The notes beneath the pieces are model-generated. The model saw only the letters and a list, made by a program, of their open reading frames with translations, was not told the origin of the DNA and did no database searches. Positions 58,906 to 64,000 of a stretch of 64,000 nt of DNA are shown piece after piece (positions within the stretch are counted from its first letter, which is position 1; every line of letters starts with the position of its first letter). The stretch is from a virus, in IMG/VR virus record IMGVR_UViG_3300001868_000005; one strand, 5' to 3'. The position numbers were made by a program, and so were the translations under genes.

Positions 58906-59587
58906 TGGAAAAAACAGATTGGATTGACAGGTTACACGATGCGATGAAAATAGCATCAAAAGAAGTTTGTTCCGCAAGAAAGGAAAAACGAAAGGTTGAC
59001 CCGAATATAGCAGAGGGATATTATTTGGAATCCGATGAAACTACGTGGTCATTAATTCCACTTGCAAATCTACAAGAAGCAAGAAGCGACTTAATCTTGT
59101 ATCATATTTTAGAAGAAATGAATAACCTAACAGAATAATGGACTTCGCTAAAATAATGAGAAACGTTCAGCAAGCCATTAGTCTACACAGGGCTATGTTT
59201 GGAGTAGATACCACTGGGTTTGCCCAACAAAGCAGAAACCTACTTCTTAGCAATGTGCATCAAGGGCAAAATGGATTTATAGGCAATAAAAGAGACGATT
59301 TAAATAAATACAGTCCTGCATTACTAAATACATTGGGTGCAACAGGCAACGGAAATCCTACTCAATGGTACACCAAACCTACAGAAAACGGAATAGTAAT
59401 GCAACCACTCGGAGACCCCAATGCACAAGTTAATTTAGGAACAGATAAAGCATTTGCGGACTACGTTTCAACTATTGGAGTTACAGAAGCCAATAAATTA
59501 AAGAATCCTTTAGCTTATCAACAGGCACAAAGAGAGTTTGCAAAGAGAGTAAATATTAAGCCCGTAGAGTTATTTGCTAAACAGTAA
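58905..59587 (+). other. Hypothetical genes 58905-59138 and 59138-59587
   Basis: Coupled ORFs. Confidence 0.6.
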
Positions 59588-59660
59588 TTTAGAATCGTTA
59601 TAAATTACTATCTTCTATTGATTTACGTTTTTATTCGTTGTATATTTGTGGCAAAAATGT

Positions 59661-61486
59661 ATGACAACTAAAAAAGATATTATTCAAACACTTTTACTAA
59701 AAACGGTAGAAGTTGTACTAAAAAACAATTTGGAGTTAATAAAGTGTGATGCAGCAAGAGCAGCGTTTAGCACTTTTAATAGAGCAGAACTACAAAAAGA
59801 GCAGGATATCTTAAAAGAAGGTATCGAATGGCTATCAGAGCAACTCTCGCTGGAAAAGATAAAAGAAGCAAAAGTCGACTGGGACAAAGCACTTGAAGCA
59901 GCACAGCGACTAAATAATTCTAAAGAAGAATTTGCCAATTGCTTTTACCAAAGGATTTGTGGAATATTCTCTCCTAAAGAAAGAAAGGACGAAGCAAAGA
60001 AAAATGATCATTGTATATTTTATGCAGGTTTTGGGAAATTCTGTCCTGAGAAAGAAGATTTACATGATAATAATAGATATTGTATTTCGGCAGGAAGGTA
60101 TTGCAGGGTTCCGTTTTGTAATACGAGAGAGGTATGAACATAAACGAATTACGTATTGGGAATCTAGTAACAGATCAATGGTATGAATCATTCAAAACGA
60201 TACTGAAAGTTGAGTCCATAAATGAAAATGGAATCAATCTTCAAATTGAAGATGATGGGAATTGGTCAGAGTGCGCACAAAGATGGATCGGGGAAGAATA
60301 TAAGATTGGTGAAATTTATCCTATTCCGCTAACCAAAGAATTACTCGACAAAACCAACTTAGAAAAAGTTGATTTTTATTATCATATCTACAAAGGTAGA
60401 TATGAAGTTACTCCAATGGCAAAACCGTATTGGGGTATTTGGCTGGGAAAAATTGAATCCTTACCTGACACACAGGAATTTATGACAGGAATAGAATATT
60501 TACACGAATTGCAAAACATATACTTTGCCTTAACGAGTACAGAACTTGAAATAAACCTATAACCTATGGCAACTAAAATAAGATTAATACCTACACTGGA
60601 AGGAAAGACGGCAAAGGACTTCGTTGAAAAGGCTGATAGAAATTTAGTAAAAGTGCAGGCATGGAACAAAATACCAGAAAAGTGTTTTGTTTGTCAAAAC
60701 GCACTGACAGATATTTGTCACAACTGTATTAATTATCCATTAAAAAAAACTTAATGAAATGGCAAAGCTAAGGGGAGGTAAAAACGAACTACTTATAACG
60801 TGCGTTGAAATGCTGAAGGGCGGTCTTTTGTATTCTGAAAGTGATCCCGAAATCTTTATTGACCACGTAAGAGTGTGTATAGCTTGTCTTCAAAAGGAAA
60901 TATTAAAATTTAAAACCAAAAATGAGCAGACCACATAAATATCCAAAGAAAAAGAAACTACTTAAACATACACCGTGTTTCAGTCAAATTAAAGGTTACT
61001 CAAACCAAAAAAGCAGATTTATTCCTATTGACTGGAGTGGGTGTATGAGTCAGTTTTCGGGTTCTAGATTATCTATTTCATTTTTACATAATCAATTAAT
61101 ATGAAAGCGCAAACAAAGTTATTATTAAAAGAAGCCTATGATTTTTGTAAAAAAGAGAACAGGTCGTTAGCTTATACGGTTGAATACATGTGCGTATTTG
61201 CCAATGTGGATGAGAATTGTGCTGCGAATTGGTTGGGTAAATATTCGGGTGACTATGAAACTAAAACAAAATGAACGACTTATTTAAACAAGCAGGCTGC
61301 GGTCAGAGAAAACATTCGGACAGGTTCAATAAAAAGGAACCATCTGGGAGTAAAAGATTGTTTTCGGGATTGAGACGTGCAAAAGTAAACAGAATTACGC
61401 AAAACGAAATTACAGAAGAGACACAAACATCGTATTTAGTTGCTGAATTTTATAGGGGTGTTTATGTAGAATCGTTCTACTGGTAA
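59661..61486 (+). other. Operon of small hypothetical genes with own promoter (59641)
   Basis: 59661-60137, 60134-60562 (MNINELRIGNLV family), 60566-60754, 60922-61104, 61101-61274, 61271-61486. Confidence 0.65.
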
Positions 61487-61554
61487 AATCTGGAAGTTGT
61501 GGGCTGATTTCTCAAACCCTCTACCTTATGCTTCGGATAGGATAAAAGCACACT

Positions 61555-61585
61555 AAAACCTATCATTAACTTGGTAGGTTTTTTT
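61555..61585 (+). terminator. Intrinsic terminator
   Basis: AAAACCTATC / GGTAGGTTTT stem plus T run, just before the scaffold promoter. Confidence 0.8.
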
Positions 61586-61601
61586 ATTGTCAATTTCCTT
61601 A

Positions 61602-61655
61602 TTTGTATTTAGACTAAATTAATATTGCATATTTCTGCGATAAGTCCTATCTTTG
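61602..61655 (+). promoter_or_regulatory. Scaffold/capsid promoter with upstream dyad variant
   Basis: TTTGTATTTAGACTAAA 61602-61618; TTG 61625, 20 nt, TATCTTTG 61648. Confidence 0.75.
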
Positions 61656-61720
61656 TACTTTAATTAAACAACCAACCTGTTATTTGTCCCATTCGGACAA
61701 CCAACACAAAACTCAAAAAT

Positions 61721-62878
61721 ATGGAAATAGAGGAAATGATCGAAAAAGCTGAAGCAAGAAACGCTTTAGCAAATGGAACACCCCCAGTAATACCACCTGT
61801 AATACCAGAGGTGGATAAAACCATACCTACACCCGAAGTAGTAATTCCCCCGACAGATACCCCCGACGAAGTAGTTAACTATTTCAAAGAAAACGGTTTT
61901 GAAGGCACAAGGGATGATTTTAAACCATATTTTGAGAAAGCCAAAAATTACGATACAGAAGTTGAGAAAATAACTGCATACGAAAAAAGGGTACAGGAAA
62001 TGACAGAAAAGGAAAAACTCTTAGAGGAAAAGTTAACTCTTTTAAAAGACTTTGCAGATCCTCTGAAACTTTTTAACTCTGAGGACGAATATAAAGCCAG
62101 CCTTTTAAGAAAGCAGAAACCTGAACTCGACCCTTACGCTTTACAACAAGTAATGACCAAAGACCTTAACTCTCTACAACCGTTAGACGTTTTAAGGTTA
62201 CAAAAGAAATTAAACGATTCAGACGTATATCCCGATCAGTCTACCATAGATGCTATCATGGCAGAACATTACGGATATGAAGTCGGAACCGAATTTGAAG
62301 ACCTCGACCAAATAACACAATCCAAAATAAGGAAAGACGCAAAAGAAGCACGAAAAGAATTTGACACTCTAAAGGCAGAGGTAAAAATTCCGGAAGTGAT
62401 TGACATTGACTCTTTCTTGCAGCAAAAACAAACTCAAACTAAAGAAAGTATTGAGAAGCTATCGCAAGAGTGGACACCACTTGTGAAGAAGATCCCCGAA
62501 GCAATGGACAAAATAGTAATTACCGAAGATGGTAAACCTATTTTTGAATATAACATCGAGGAGGACTTCAAAAAATCAATTCTGGAGAACATTGGCGCAA
62601 CAAAAGACTGGCTAATTAGTCAGAATATTGCCCCAACGAAAGAAAATTTGGAACTACAGATCCAAAACCTGAAGGATTACTATGCTAATTTACCCGAAAA
62701 CAAGGTGAAGATGTTCAAAGCCTACGCAGCACAAGAAGTGACTAAGCGAGAAATTGAACTGAAAAAAGAAATCAGTAATCCAACCACAGGCAACAGGTCA
62801 CAGGCTCCACAAAATAATACTCCTGAACAGATCAAGAAACAAGAAGAAGTAAATGCGATATTGGATTATTTGAAATAA
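61721..62878 (+). CDS. Putative capsid scaffolding protein
   Basis: Acidic, coiled-coil 385 aa protein directly upstream of the capsid gene; promoter 61648-61655. Confidence 0.65.
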   Translation: MEIEEMIEKAEARNALANGTPPVIPPVIPEVDKTIPTPEVVIPPTDTPDEVVNYFKENGFEGTRDDFKPYFEKAKNYDTEVEKITAYEKRVQEMTEKEKLLEEKLTLLKDFADPLKLFNSEDEYKASLLRKQKPELDPYALQQVMTKDLNSLQPLDVLRLQKKLNDSDVYPDQSTIDAIMAEHYGYEVGTEFEDLDQITQSKIRKDAKEARKEFDTLKAEVKIPEVIDIDSFLQQKQTQTKESIEKLSQEWTPLVKKIPEAMDKIVITEDGKPIFEYNIEEDFKKSILENIGATKDWLISQNIAPTKENLELQIQNLKDYYANLPENKVKMFKAYAAQEVTKREIELKKEISNPTTGNRSQAPQNNTPEQIKKQEEVNAILDYLK

Positions 62879-62907
62879 ATAAATTATTCACACTTAACTC
62901 CTAAAAA

Positions 62908-64000
62908 ATGGCAGTTGACAATCAGGTAGTAGCAGCCGCTACATCCGCAAGTATCGCAAGTTTGCGTTCCTTCCAGAATATGCCGGAAGTAGATTCGCAA
63001 TTACACAAATTATATGGTGAAGGACTACTGATGGTAGATTTCCTTCACAAATCAGGACGTTCACGCCCTATGGCTTCAGACACCGTATCAGGTGAAGAAG
63101 AAGTATTCACACACCGTACCATGAAATTGGGTACTATCGTAACCAATGCCGCAGGATCAGCTACTGTAAAAATTGATGCAGACGATTTTGACAATCTTGG
63201 TAACTACTATCCTCGTGTAGGATTTTCCGTAATGGTAGGTAATACTATCGTAGGATTCACCGAATGCCGAATCAGTGCTATTGATACTACCGCAGCACCT
63301 AATACAGTCTTTACTCTGTTACGCTACAACGCTACAGCAGTAGGATTGGATGCTCACGTGTACGCAGGTACTCTCGCATTGGGGATTGAATTACCTATTA
63401 CTGCTTCCGCTTTTGGAGTAGGAACAGGTCAGCCCGCACCTACCAACGTAGGAACCATCCAGAGAATTTTCTATCCTCAGATCATCAAAGAAAGTTTAGC
63501 ATTTGAAGGTCGCCAATTGGTTACTCAGAAATGGGTTGCAGTCAATGGTGGAAAACAGTTCTTTAATAAAGAGTTGCTTCGTGCTGAGTTCTTAATGGAT
63601 GCTCAAGAGGAAATGATGGCTTTAATGGGCCAAACCAATACAGCCAATCTTACCCAGACTTCTTTGATGTCTAATACCGCTAACGTAATCGGTAAAGTAA
63701 AAGGTCTTTATACTTGGGCAGAAGAATTAGGTGGCGACATCTTAATTGGCTCAACAGGTATGAGTATCGACGACCTCGACACCGTAGAGTCTTATTTGAT
63801 CTCTAAAGGTATCTCTGACTCCGTAGTAGCTTTATTTGGTGGTAATTCAGCTATCAGGAAACTGATGAAGAACACTATCGCTAAAATTCAAGGAACTTCA
63901 GGTGGTTTAGCAGGCTCACCATTTGTAGGTGAAATCCAGGATAAACTGTTTGGTGGAAACGCTATCAGTGTTAACTTTAACGTACAGGTGATTAAGGGTT
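62908..64000 (+). CDS. Major capsid protein, 3'-truncated (not in ORF track)
   Basis: ATG 62908, open to the window end (MAVDNQVVAAATSAS...KLYGEGLLMVDFL...QIIKES...E.MMALMG...KGLYTW); follows the scaffold gene. Confidence 0.8.
   Translation, partial: MAVDNQVVAAATSASIASLRSFQNMPEVDSQLHKLYGEGLLMVDFLHKSGRSRPMASDTVSGEEEVFTHRTMKLGTIVTNAAGSATVKIDADDFDNLGNYYPRVGFSVMVGNTIVGFTECRISAIDTTAAPNTVFTLLRYNATAVGLDAHVYAGTLALGIELPITASAFGVGTGQPAPTNVGTIQRIFYPQIIKESLAFEGRQLVTQKWVAVNGGKQFFNKELLRAEFLMDAQEEMMALMGQTNTANLTQTSLMSNTANVIGKVKGLYTWAEELGGDILIGSTGMSIDDLDTVESYLISKGISDSVVALFGGNSAIRKLMKNTIAKIQGTSGGLAGSPFVGEIQDKLFGGNAISVNFNVQVIKG

Noticed and set aside
61490-61553. Small self-cleaving ribozyme before the terminator (C-TTCG-G loop)
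   Set aside because: No hammerhead, HDV, twister or pistol core recognisable; stems are short and imperfect.
1-64000. tRNA genes, CRISPR arrays, DGR (reverse transcriptase/TR-VR), introns or inteins
   Set aside because: No cloverleaf/TTCGA arms, no regularly spaced 25-40 nt repeats, no RT motifs seen; terminase and portal lengths are normal. By-eye scan only.
1-64000. Stop-codon reassignment as in some crAss-like phages
   Set aside because: Long genes are intact under the standard code and TAA/TAG/TGA all terminate coupled genes; only one isolated premature TAA was seen.

Overview
The whole 64 kb window is an AT-rich tailed-phage (Caudoviricetes) genome segment with no recognisable host housekeeping genes. 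The host is very probably in Bacteroidota: about 20 intergenic promoters match the Bacteroidota primary-sigma consensus (TTG, 20-21 nt, TAnnTTTG), and several proteins have Bacteroidota-style signal peptides. Layout: (1) 1-20974 virion and lysis genes: a 5'-truncated giant internal/ejection protein, Ig-like proteins, an SGNH/peptidase-S74 tail fibre, a DUF5977 protein, holins, a spanin-like protein, a GH108 endolysin, and a convergent ring/connector operon. (2) 21095-44282 minus-strand early and replication genes: DnaA_C-like, ERF, many small ORFs, a DNA methyltransferase, primase-helicase, a DUF4373 initiator, NinG and a tyrosine recombinase. (3) 44425-49815: SSB, a glycosyl/methyltransferase cluster and an HNH gene. 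(4) 49772-64000 head module resembling crAss-like phages: terminase, tandem GroES-like protein, portal, scaffold and a 3'-truncated major capsid protein. At least six free-standing HNH/AP2 endonucleases are scattered through it. The most unusual signals are non-coding or hidden: a four-copy 5'-leader RNA with a covarying 7-9 bp loop pseudoknot; a ~370 nt ORF-free structured RNA; a 17-bp dyad exactly 36 nt upstream of ten promoters; tail-fibre-like proteins with Sec signal peptides; a basic peptide ORF nested in the giant gene; and a duplicated portal C-terminus flanking an HNH gene. All family assignments come from motifs recognised by eye, not from database searches.
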